38,945 nucleotides of DNA, taken from positions 1 to 38,945 of IMG/VR virus record IMGVR_UViG_3300030376_005405, one strand, 5' to 3'. How positions within the stretch are numbered: the stretch's first letter is position 1; each line of letters starts with the position of its first letter. The stretch comes from a virus (lineage: Duplodnaviria; Caudoviricetes). Of the stretch, positions 1 to 11,100 are shown piece by piece. Under the pieces are notes generated by a model. It saw nothing but the letters and a program-made list of their open reading frames with translations, was not told where the DNA came from and made no database searches. The position numbers and the translations under genes are program-made.

Positions 1-3000
1 ACCACAATGGCTGGGATGGGGGGGGCTACATCTTATTCAATTGTTGAAGGCGAGTTTTATCTCAAAGCATTACCACAACCGGACAAACAATTTGTCAAAA
101 AAACTGTTCAGGGTATATCCGACTCCTTTAGATACGAAACAGAAGATTTAGCATTATCTTCTATTATCAATGAAAGCGACATGGTCAAAGTAACCGAAAT
201 GGTCTATCAAGGAGAAGTTACTCGTGTTATGAATCAAGCACTTACAAAGACTGGAACAATGCCAGCGGCCCCCGGACACCCATACAACAGAATAATCTGC
301 GAATATGGAACGGGGGAGTTTTCAGTAACAAGCGGCGGGTTAAATCTGTCTTCGTCAACATGTGATGACATTATTGCGATAGCGGTTGATGACATACGCC
401 CGTTTTTGTTAAAATCGCTAGACATCGACCACAACGCACAGTTTAGAACACACAAAAAAGGCCGGTTGACTGATGGGGGGGAGTTTCGTGCAAAATATGT
501 CCCAACTAATGAAGTTTACATACAGCACCTAACCCCTGACGATCAAACTAGAGTTGCTATTATTGAAACGCCAGCCTATTTAGTGGGCCTAGGGGTTCCA
601 CCCGTCATTGAAGTCCATTATGATGCCATTGACCTTACGGGAGAGGTTGTAGCCGGGACAGGGATTGCCAGTCCATTCGATGTTGTCAATGATTATGCAA
701 AACCTTGGATTACTGGCGATAATAATTATGCTGGCCATTTGGTGGTCAAAAAAACGCATCCTTCGGGGTGTCAAGGGTATGCAACCAGTAGCGGCGGGGT
801 CAGGACTTTAGCCGATTTGCTGAAAAGACCATTTGACATAAGCGGTTCAGCACCGTCATCAATAGCATTGAAGGTCACATCTCCCGGCGGCATTATTTCG
901 ATACCCTCTAAAAACCTAAACAAGCCATTGAAATCAAATATGCTAATGTCAGCACCAACTGGCAATATAACCCCTTCTTCTTTCATCAATATCGAAGATT
1001 GTCTTGTAAACAATAGAGAGTCATATAGAGGGTTTGGAAGACCAAAAGGCGTTCCAAGCACAGTAGTCCCTGACCCTACGACATCCGCTGATTATCACTT
1101 AGTCAGAATATCGCCCAGTTTTTCAAATACGGACCACACCGCCGGGGTTTCATCTAGTGTGTTTTCAAGAGCGAGCAATAGAGCCTTTGATGTCATTGAC
1201 AATGAGATTACTGCAAACGAATGCCAAATACTCATTCACCCAACATCAAGGAAACTTGGAGGGGGGTTAGACGATTTTATCACGGAACCTAGTAACCCAA
1301 AAAATCCGCATTCAATTCATTTAGAATATACCCTTTTGAAAGGAAGAATAGAGGAGATTGAACCCGGAACAAGCACCACGAAAGATGCGGGCATCACAAT
1401 TAGAGGCCGTTCATTATTGATGGATTTGGCCGATCAGAAAACAACTCGTGATTTCAAATTGTCAGATGGAACGCCCATCAAGGAAATTGGCGATTTAGGG
1501 ACTCCAACAGTTTCATTGTCGCTGGGGGGTCCCGGTCAAGGCGGCGTTGATGTAAAGGCTTCTAGGACAGAACATAATGTGTTTCCGGGTTGGAAAGACC
1601 GTATTGTTTCTAGTGGCAATGCGTCTGTTAGGAACGATAAACAAGCATCGACCTATTACGCATCAACAAGAGCCTTAGTTGAAATGCCATTATTCCCCTC
1701 GATGTTTTATGATACAGAAAAAGTCGTTTATCCACATGCAGATACGGTTCAACCGTTACCAAATAGTAAAGGATTTGGATTGACGATTGATTGCACTATG
1801 ACCGCCGTAAATAGGCCTGAAATGAAAAATCAAGAAAGCAGATTTGCGGTTGACTGGGGTGTAACTCCGCTGGCGGGTTGCTTTGAGGTTACAGATTCAA
1901 TATACAAGGTGTCTTTGATTCGTGGCACTGATCAGGTTCCGCCTTTTTGGACACTTATGCACGGCGGTGCTGGTGCGGGGGGTCCCGAAGGAATACTACA
2001 TAGGAGGCCGCTTCTCAAAGCCCAAAAAACCCATGTAACCGCTGTTGTTGAAAGTGTTGATGCTGTCGCTGGCACAATCACAGTCGATGACGCATCAGCA
2101 TGGTCTAACCTTTCGGAGAACGGTTCTGCGGACCTTACCTTACTGCACTATGTTACAATCGGGGAGGGGTTACTAGGGGGCAAGAACGGATATGTAGCAA
2201 AGATTACGAGTCGTGCAGGTAATGTATTCACAATCACTGACCCCGCAACTGAATTATGGTCTATGGAAAAGAATGCTCGTTTGACCGAAGCGGATTCTTT
2301 AGCGGCGGCGGACATTACATACATAAAACCGGGAATGACATTGACACTAGGTTCTTACATTGTGTTTACAGGAAACGCTACTGATGCATGGGTTTTGGCT
2401 GTTTCAACACATACTTCGCATTCTAAAGAGGATATTGCGGGTGCTATTGCTTCAAAGTTAAGTGGTTTTTTCAATCAAGGCAAAGTGGATATTGGGGGTG
2501 CGCCTATATATCGTGATAAAAAGAATGTAGCAAAGTGGTGGTTACATGATGTTGTATCAATGGAGGCATTTGACTACGACCCCGATGAGTCATTGTATTC
2601 CTTTGCTGATAGACCGCTAGTGATGGGGGTCGATTGCAGGGCTAGTGCATTATCATTAAAAGGTAAATCTAGCGATGGAAACACGCTGATACCAGTCAAA
2701 CCAATGGAGTTAGACTTCAACCAAATCGCTTCTGCAAAAGATGATTTCAACGCCTGTTTCGATGAAGTGATTAGAAGGATTAACGCCGCCGCACACCCCT
2801 CCTCAAAACAGACCGATGGTTTCAGTGCCTTCGACCCCCCTGAATACAATATCCGCACGCATATGGCCGCACCTCAAAATGGTTCACACATGGGTTATGT
2901 GAGGGCATTTGAAGGTAAAGATGTTGAAAGCCGGTCCGGTGAAAAAGGAAAAACCATAGTTATTCACAGCACCATCCCCGGTGCGACATCTCGTAATTTT

Positions 3001-5184
3001 GCGGTGTGGATAAACAACAAAAGCCCATACCCCTATCTGCCTGTGGCTTGCATTGGTTCAGGTGGTTTACTGACCAATAACAGCCTTCATTATCAAGCAA
3101 ACTCATTCCCCGCACCATTGCCAATAGGTTCTGACGGAGATACCTTTGTTCCTATCACCACATTCACGGGTGCGCCGCATGGAAAACTGTTAGAGAAGTA
3201 TGACAACTCGATCAGAACGCATACGGGTATCGGTCAGCGAATAGTTGCCAAGACAATTATACCAACAGTAGTTGAAGACAGCCTATACAATACGCCAGTA
3301 ACTGGTGATTACGCCAATGTAATGGTATGTCCTAGAAGGTCCGCAGTTTTTCAAGCGGTTTATTCCTTAACGACTTCTAAAGCGGCATTTAACCCCACAG
3401 ATACCCCGCCAATAGAATCGATTGCCATTGATTATCGTGGTTACGAAGCAATGTTGAGTCTTGGAAGCGAAATAAGTGCGAGCAATCCGGGGATTGCTAG
3501 GATAAACAACAGACTGTTTCACTTTGAGGAGATAAACTCTCTAAGTGGTTTGGGATTAAGAAGCACAAACGGTGTATTCTTGAAAAATATCACGCCATTT
3601 GATGAAATCGAGAAGTTTTATGATGCGCTGTTTGTAAAGGATTCAGCAGGTGTTGAAACTGATGCTGTTGGTTTAGATGTTGAAATCCTGTGGCCGCTCG
3701 TGAACACGAAGGGCATCTTGTTCTTCGGTGGTGGCCATACAGGGGTCACTGTGGACATCAGCGATGGAACAGCAAATGATTACAGCGATTCTTATGACCA
3801 TCATTATTCAAAAGGCCCAACTGGATTTGCAGGCCTGCAAAATCTTCCTGAAACAAATAGAGCATCAGCCGTTCTTGACTTTACTCTATTGAATGACCAC
3901 GACACAATAAACGAGGACAGTTACATTGGTAAACATCACAAATTGAGAATCCGGGCTGACACAAAGACTCCGATTCAAGATTGTTTGATTCACTTATCCA
4001 TGATCGAGGAGAATCCTACTACTTTGCCGCCTCCAACCACCACACAATTTGACTCCGCTACACAACCATTCCCTCAAAACGATGAAACGATACTGCGAGA
4101 GGAGATATATGGTCGGCATATGAAACTAAGTGCGCCTGCTGGCAGTGCTACATTAGCGGGTTCATCTCCTGCGGGGCATGACAAGTTTAGACCGATTCAA
4201 TTCCATCCTCATACTGGGGCGGGCGCATGGCCAACAAGCGGATACCCGTATGTGGTGTGTCATGACTGGAACCCAACAAGAGGGGTGGCGGGAGAGGCGG
4301 AAACTATGTTGCCACATTTATCCGGTGGCGGGCAATATACTCATCTTAATGAAGGGAATAGGCCAATGCTTCCTGAAAGGCGATTTTCAATATCCTTCTT
4401 CTTTAATGCTGATTGGGATAATGGTGGACTAGGTTTCATGTCAGGCCCTATCATCCATGCCATTACAGCCGATGGAGGTATATGGGGGGTGTCAATGAGT
4501 GGCAATCATGCAACCGCCAGTCTTCAAAGTTTTAATTTTGCATTACACTTTATGAGTAGTGTGGCCAGTCCAAGCCTGCCAATGTATGCAAGGATAGACG
4601 AAGCGGCTTATTTTGCGGCCTTTGGACAAGCCCCACAATTCACTAAAAACGAATGGCATCACATTGTATTTACACGATCAAACAACAATACCCCACATAC
4701 AATACAGATAATTATGGATGGAGTTGATTTAACACCTTATGTCGAGATTGGTTACGATGGGTTATACAACGGGACAGCACCAAATGCTCGTTCAGCAACA
4801 GGCACTAGACATTACCCTCATCATGGCGACATAGGGACCCCAACTGCGGAGGGTGTAGCGGACCACCCATATATTCCGCTGGCCAATGGTCCAGCATCAA
4901 CAGTTGACCCTACAAAAGCGGTTAGAGGAATAGGCATGGTAACAGTGGGCGTTGCTTTGCACGGTGCGCCTTGGGCGACTGGCGGTTATTACTTCGGTCA
5001 GGGTCCAGCCGCATTGCCCAGTCAAACATATGGAACGCCGCAAGTTGTCCCTCCAACAGACGGCCATAACAATGTTGGACCGATATATCTCAATGGAGGT
5101 TCCTTAGCACACATCGGTGTATGGGACCGTGAATTAACAGTCGCTGAAGCGCAAGAATTGTATGCATCTAGGTTGAGGTGGTAA
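1..5184 (+). CDS. Giant virion tail protein with C-terminal LamG/concanavalin-A-like domain; probably 5'-truncated
   Basis: 1725-aa ORF from 7; the frame is open to the window edge (acc aca atg). The C-terminus has LamG signatures (FSISFFF, WHHIVFTR, IIMDG, GSLAHIGVWDRELTVAEAQELY). Internal LKGRIEE...ITIRGRSLLMDL resembles a tail-hub N-terminal motif. G/T/P/S-rich. Confidence 0.75.
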   Translation, partial: TTMAGMGGATSYSIVEGEFYLKALPQPDKQFVKKTVQGISDSFRYETEDLALSSIINESDMVKVTEMVYQGEVTRVMNQALTKTGTMPAAPGHPYNRIICEYGTGEFSVTSGGLNLSSSTCDDIIAIAVDDIRPFLLKSLDIDHNAQFRTHKKGRLTDGGEFRAKYVPTNEVYIQHLTPDDQTRVAIIETPAYLVGLGVPPVIEVHYDAIDLTGEVVAGTGIASPFDVVNDYAKPWITGDNNYAGHLVVKKTHPSGCQGYATSSGGVRTLADLLKRPFDISGSAPSSIALKVTSPGGIISIPSKNLNKPLKSNMLMSAPTGNITPSSFINIEDCLVNNRESYRGFGRPKGVPSTVVPDPTTSADYHLVRISPSFSNTDHTAGVSSSVFSRASNRAFDVIDNEITANECQILIHPTSRKLGGGLDDFITEPSNPKNPHSIHLEYTLLKGRIEEIEPGTSTTKDAGITIRGRSLLMDLADQKTTRDFKLSDGTPIKEIGDLGTPTVSLSLGGPGQGGVDVKASRTEHNVFPGWKDRIVSSGNASVRNDKQASTYYASTRALVEMPLFPSMFYDTEKVVYPHADTVQPLPNSKGFGLTIDCTMTAVNRPEMKNQESRFAVDWGVTPLAGCFEVTDSIYKVSLIRGTDQVPPFWTLMHGGAGAGGPEGILHRRPLLKAQKTHVTAVVESVDAVAGTITVDDASAWSNLSENGSADLTLLHYVTIGEGLLGGKNGYVAKITSRAGNVFTITDPATELWSMEKNARLTEADSLAAADITYIKPGMTLTLGSYIVFTGNATDAWVLAVSTHTSHSKEDIAGAIASKLSGFFNQGKVDIGGAPIYRDKKNVAKWWLHDVVSMEAFDYDPDESLYSFADRPLVMGVDCRASALSLKGKSSDGNTLIPVKPMELDFNQIASAKDDFNACFDEVIRRINAAAHPSSKQTDGFSAFDPPEYNIRTHMAAPQNGSHMGYVRAFEGKDVESRSGEKGKTIVIHSTIPGATSRNFAVWINNKSPYPYLPVACIGSGGLLTNNSLHYQANSFPAPLPIGSDGDTFVPITTFTGAPHGKLLEKYDNSIRTHTGIGQRIVAKTIIPTVVEDSLYNTPVTGDYANVMVCPRRSAVFQAVYSLTTSKAAFNPTDTPPIESIAIDYRGYEAMLSLGSEISASNPGIARINNRLFHFEEINSLSGLGLRSTNGVFLKNITPFDEIEKFYDALFVKDSAGVETDAVGLDVEILWPLVNTKGILFFGGGHTGVTVDISDGTANDYSDSYDHHYSKGPTGFAGLQNLPETNRASAVLDFTLLNDHDTINEDSYIGKHHKLRIRADTKTPIQDCLIHLSMIEENPTTLPPPTTTQFDSATQPFPQNDETILREEIYGRHMKLSAPAGSATLAGSSPAGHDKFRPIQFHPHTGAGAWPTSGYPYVVCHDWNPTRGVAGEAETMLPHLSGGGQYTHLNEGNRPMLPERRFSISFFFNADWDNGGLGFMSGPIIHAITADGGIWGVSMSGNHATASLQSFNFALHFMSSVASPSLPMYARIDEAAYFAAFGQAPQFTKNEWHHIVFTRSNNNTPHTIQIIMDGVDLTPYVEIGYDGLYNGTAPNARSATGTRHYPHHGDIGTPTAEGVADHPYIPLANGPASTVDPTKAVRGIGMVTVGVALHGAPWATGGYYFGQGPAALPSQTYGTPQVVPPTDGHNNVGPIYLNGGSLAHIGVWDRELTVAEAQELYASRLRW

Positions 5185-5187
5185 TCA

Positions 5188-8100
5188 ATGGGGACACAGG
5201 CCGACAAGGGATATATGGACCGAAAAAGGATTTATCCTGCGGCCATTCAACCTCTAGGCAGTGTCAATGGTTATCCGGCATCAGGCTGGTTTTCTATGCA
5301 TATCACCTATCCTGATACAGAATATACAGATGAAACTGACCCCGGCGCAACAGGCGGTTTCCAGTATGGTCAGAACACGCAATCTTGGCGACAAGGGCTT
5401 CAAGTCATTATCAAAACATGTATGGCTAGTGCTGGTGCGGCATCGACCCCCGTGCAACCAACATCAGATACCACAAATGTTGTGGTCGTGGATTTGGCGG
5501 CATATTCTGTTGCTAACGGGGGCGGCTATTCGCTAGGTTCCGAAGAAGCGGCTAGAGTTATTGCATCTAAAATCAATAGCACTAGAGTTAGACAGGTTAG
5601 CGAAAGAGGTGTCACAAGAATGTTAAAGGCTAGATATGTGAAAATGTCTAGTCAGGATGAGATTGAAGGAATGTGTCACACCGCACCTGCAACAGACCGC
5701 TTGAGGATTCAATTAAAGGACTTATTCATAGATGGCGCACCGCCCGATATGCCTCCAACGGGCGAGTTTACTGTCAATGTTGGAGGTGCTTTATCGGGCG
5801 ATACAATTGATACAACGCATTCAACAGCACACAGCCCGGTTGCTGGCAGGACATATACTTACGATTCTTGGAGAGTTGTGAGGGGGCCAATTAGAGAGCA
5901 ACCGGAATATGTGACTGGTTCACTGCATCCGGGTCGTCTTTATTCTGTATTACATGAAGTAACGCCTATGATCGAATTGATAGGAATTAAAGATAAGGAA
6001 TTAGGGACCACTATGGATGCAACAACTCTCGTTGAACAAACAACTCCTTATGGAGGCCCAAGACACATCAGTAAATTGACAATAAAAGCACAGCCACCTC
6101 AACATACAGTTGTAATATCATGGAATCATCAAGGTGCGGCTGGCTATTGGGCGGGTGCTAATGGAGGCCCGGTCATACAAGGTCTTGGACAAACTTTACC
6201 AGTTTGGCATCTCGTTGCTAAACCATTAGATGGAGGCAATATGGGACTCCCCGCTTTGAATTATGATGCTAGAGGAGGTGCGCCCATTGCACATACTGAA
6301 AATCATGGATTTTGCAGGTTTAGCATAGAGGGGTTGAATAGTGCCGTAATGCCGAGTATGCCACCCCCTGATTTTACCATTATTGAACCTGCAATAAGAG
6401 GTATGACGGCGGCAAATCCGGGTTTATTCATAGATGGTCTTCAATATCAACTCAATATAGCCAAAATGGAATATGGGACTCAATTGCCATCTAGTCGAGT
6501 GGCTGATGTTGACACGAATCAATTGCACAACATTGCCTTGTATGAAGGTGTGACTATTTTAGAAAGCGGAACGCCATCAAATAATCAACTTTCTAATGGC
6601 GATGGTTTTGATGCTATTTTAGATGTAGCCGCCTCTCCAAGTGCGGTTCAATCACTATTGGATTCTGATGCATCTGAAGATTTTTCTCAAACGCAAACAC
6701 ATTCTTCCAAATACAGTCAACCGTTCTTTGTTCGGCGTAAAATCAATGAGGCTAGAGTTGAAGGAATGATGATCACAAACGAAGAGATGGTCTTTGAAGA
6801 TTTAGAGGTAACTGATGATTCAGGCAACATTCTAACTGTCAAAGGCGGCTCTCCATTTGGAACAATTATTCGTGACTTTGCTGTCGAAAATGTATCGATT
6901 GATGAAAACACTGGGGAGGAGATTATTGGTCCTTCGACAGGCAGTGGCCGAACCACGCCGAATCTCCGCATACAGTTACCTGACCCCTCCGAAATACCCG
7001 GCGGTATATTTGTCAGGTCAGGACACGACAGAATCCAAGCGCATTCCAATAAAACATGGGGTATGGGGGGAATAGCCCCGCCTACATCGCAAGAAGCGGG
7101 CCATCATGAGAACACTTTCATGGATAGGTTGGAGGAGGTTTATGGTAGCGGTGGCATTCCCTCAATAGTCAATACACTTGAAGCAACACTAGAACAGGGA
7201 GAGGTCACGCAATTTGATACACATGACCGTATGTTGCTGTTCCATTGTGAAAGAATACTACACCCTGATATGACTTCAAAACAAGGGCTTTTGTCTTCAA
7301 TTGTTCCGGGTGCTGTCCCTAGTGGCACAACACGACTATATTCCGCTCATCGTATAACAGACCACGCTGAAAGAGGCTCGGTCTTACCTATGACCGCAAA
7401 CGGCGATAACACAATCAATGCGTTCAATGTTCCGCATTCTCGTTTACGCTTTGGGAGGCAGGGTCATTCCTTTGTAACACCGTTGACCCACAGGGGGACC
7501 CCTCATAGCATGAGAAGGCAATTGCACCGTAGTCACGGTTCAGCATACACTTTGATGTTTGAGGCTGAAACTGAAAACAAGCACCACCTTTTCCAGCAAG
7601 CATCACCTATGACAAGTGACCCTTCCGCCAATTTTCCAATAGATAGTATTGAGTTGAAAGGTGTTGCGGGGTATGCTGGTGCAACGGGTTCGGGTTCTGC
7701 TGACGCTTTACCATTAGTTGAAATGACAATGGGTCATGGGCGTGAAACCCGTGTGGACTTTTTAGATACAAATCAAGGACACCAACGAGAAAATGCAGAT
7801 GGTTTACAAATTGATTACTTGATCGCACCCGGTCAAACAAAAACTAATGTTGAAGGTCCGTATCAACATACTAAGTTTGGAAATCCTGTAACAGACTTAT
7901 CTGTGTCGGGTATTTCATCAGCGGTGCAAATGCAGTTTACTAACTTTTCACCATCGGGTGGCAGTGGTATAGCCCATCGTAACAGGCCGGTAACTGCGGC
8001 GGAGGCAATGGTCAATGGTTTCATCTTGTCAGATTATCAATTATCAGGTGGAAGGCCCCAGCCTTCAACTACTAGGAGGCAGATGACAAACCCATATGAT

Positions 8101-11100
8101 ATTCGTTATGGAACAAATAACTACACGGTGGTGGGCAGTGAATGGGGCTGGATAACTCCTCGTGTTGCTACTGAATTAGCAACGGTCCCTCCAATGTTTG
8201 TTCACGACCCTGATTATGTAAATATGACGAACATCAACATATCCTACGAGGACTGGGATAATGGTATTGTTGACGAAACAGATACAAACTCCGGTGCAAA
8301 ACCGGATGCATTCTTATGCCATTGGCTTGCGGAATATGGACACCCTGCGATAACTGGTTCTCCCCGTGAACATTTTATGATGTTCCGATACCGTGAAGCG
8401 GGAATGCCTAGGTCAATGCAATACCCAGCAGTTAGAGGGCTTCTTTTGCGTAATCATTCAAGATTAAATCTGACCCGTAGGGTAGATCGAACCCACCGCA
8501 TATACGACGATGTATTTTACAACGGTGCAATCTCTCTAACCAATCTTAGCAAAGAATCTCTTACAATCGGCTCGATAAAAGCGGGAAAGCCGTTTGAAAG
8601 AATATACGCTTTACAATGGCTTCAGTCATATGGTTTCAATGGTTTGAATGCTGGCGGGCATGGTGTAGGAACACTTGAATCAGGTTCAGCGGTATTGATG
8701 GGGCATACCACTGTTAGAGAACCGAGAGGGACAATGAAACTGCCAACAATAAACAGCGGTGAAAGATATTCTCGTGGTGAAAGCATAGGAGATTCCATAA
8801 ATCCTGAAAAAGGCGTATTTGGCCGTTATATTGCCAAGCGTATATCCACTACGGCTGAAAAGCATAGAATCTATATGGGGTTACAACCAATGGTTGGCTT
8901 CGATCAGGGGAGGAGATTGCCTGTGCGTGCATGGGGCATAAGAACAGCATCAAGCGCACTAGATATGCTCGCTGGCGACCCACACGAAACCGTTTCTAGT
9001 CAAAACCCATTATATGGCAAAGCAAGGTATGACGGGGGGATTCACGATTCCGTAGCATTAGCGGCAACGCACGCAGGATATGGTTGGGAAACATCAGGAC
9101 TTTCAGGTCTTGAAAGAACATCACCAATTGGGATGGTTATTTCAGGGCATACAGTTGAAGCAATGGAGGGAATTAAATCATCTAGGTTAAGTAATGAGCC
9201 TATCACTTCTAATGAAGATGAACCATTAGGAATTGGCCGTGCGTTTGACCATGTTAGTGCTGGTTTATTCAAACCAATCAGTTTACCAGCCGGTATGTGG
9301 GCTAATGAATATATTAGTGGGACTCATACCACCCTCGCTCAAGTCCCAATTATCAGCAAAGGCAGTGACCCTATCATACCATCGAATGATGAAACAGGAA
9401 CAGGGCAGGACTCGCCCGCAACCGTTCAAACAACTGGTTTTGGTTCGACATATCATCTAGTCGGAAACTCATTACATACCAACTCAAACGACTTGATCAC
9501 AAACTTAGGCGGCGGCGGTTCTTATCCAGCAAATGGCTGGGGATATGGTTCAAACATATCGGCTAACAAGATATTGCCCACCCCTTTAGCCGAAATTGCG
9601 GACCATAGACAGGTTATATCAAGAGTTGAGCCTCGTATGGGGCTGATTATCAGAACCACTAGAGAGGAGGAAACTGAAAAGAATACAGACTATCTAGTTA
9701 CCTCGACTAAAGCGGTTTCACTACATTCTGATTTAATCGTGGGACAGCAATTCCCAATAACTCCTTCATATCTAAACAGGACATATACAACAACCTCAAA
9801 GCACACGCTTGGGACTTTAGCATCGCCGGTATCTCACACACAGCCCGCAATAACTATGAGTGAATTGTATGACCTCCCCCCGACATTTGAAATCGATGGC
9901 AATAGGTCAAAAGGGTTGCCACCGGGCAATGATACCACAAAAACTACTCCCCGGTCAGGTGCTGAAGACATATGGAATGTGAGAGGCGGTTCTGATTTGC
10001 CTCCTTGGGGCGGTGTTTACATCCTGCGAAAAACATTCCTAAATCGTCAGGAAGAAGGTTCTCTTTCAACTGTAAACAATTACTCGGCTGTCAATAATAC
10101 CATCAAAGCAACAGCATCGCATCCTCAAAGACAGTATGTTGATTACATCGTGAGGCCGTTTAGACCAAACAAGATGTATCCGTTTGCTTCGCTACATAGA
10201 AATCAAGACGGGTATTTGTTAGGACCGCATACTGTTGATACAGGAGTCGCCACACAGCCTTCTGACAATTTCTATCATCGTGACAAACGGTATGGGATTT
10301 TTGAGTTGAATATGGCTAAGGATGAAGGTATGACCGAGCCGATATTATCCGCATCTGATTCATTCAGCATCGACTGGCCTGACCCAAATGACTTTGATGT
10401 TGTATATCACTTAATTCCTTCATCCGCACTACTTGAGTTTTTCAAATCAGATGCAAACCGTATTGATTCCGACAACAAAATAGTGTCAACCATAGAACCT
10501 AGATATTCACAATCAACACATCCCGGTGGTTTTGAAGAAGTCAGTCAAAGCGAAACAAGGTATTCATATTCTGATACGGGTATCGCAGGGGACCACGCAA
10601 ATCAAAAGCCTCAAGGAGAAGCCGTTAGAAAACAGTATATCGACGGCAACAGGAACACAAATCGTGTTGAAATAAAAATGGATTACTTATCAGGGGGCAA
10701 TAGGTTCTTTGTCGTTAGAGATGCATCAATGCTTCCTAATGATGGAGATTTAGTTTATCCTCAGTATTCGGGTTCGATCAGATATACAGCAAAGAACGGG
10801 AACATTCTATCAATTGACACAAATGCGACTACATCCCCCCTATTAGCCAGTGCTAGTTTACCTGCGGGGCATGAATGGCCAAGTAAGGTGGTATATTACA
10901 CAAAGAAGGTTTCAGGCCAAAATACGGCAAACTCATCTAACAGGTATCCACTGACTACTGGGGCTAGAACCGATATTTCCACAGATATGAACAAAAAGTA
11001 TCCGTTGTTGCCTTCTTTTGTTGACAACTCTATTGTAACCTCGGCATACATAACGGAGTCGTGGTATAGAAGTGACGAAACAGGGTTTACAAGAACAGGT

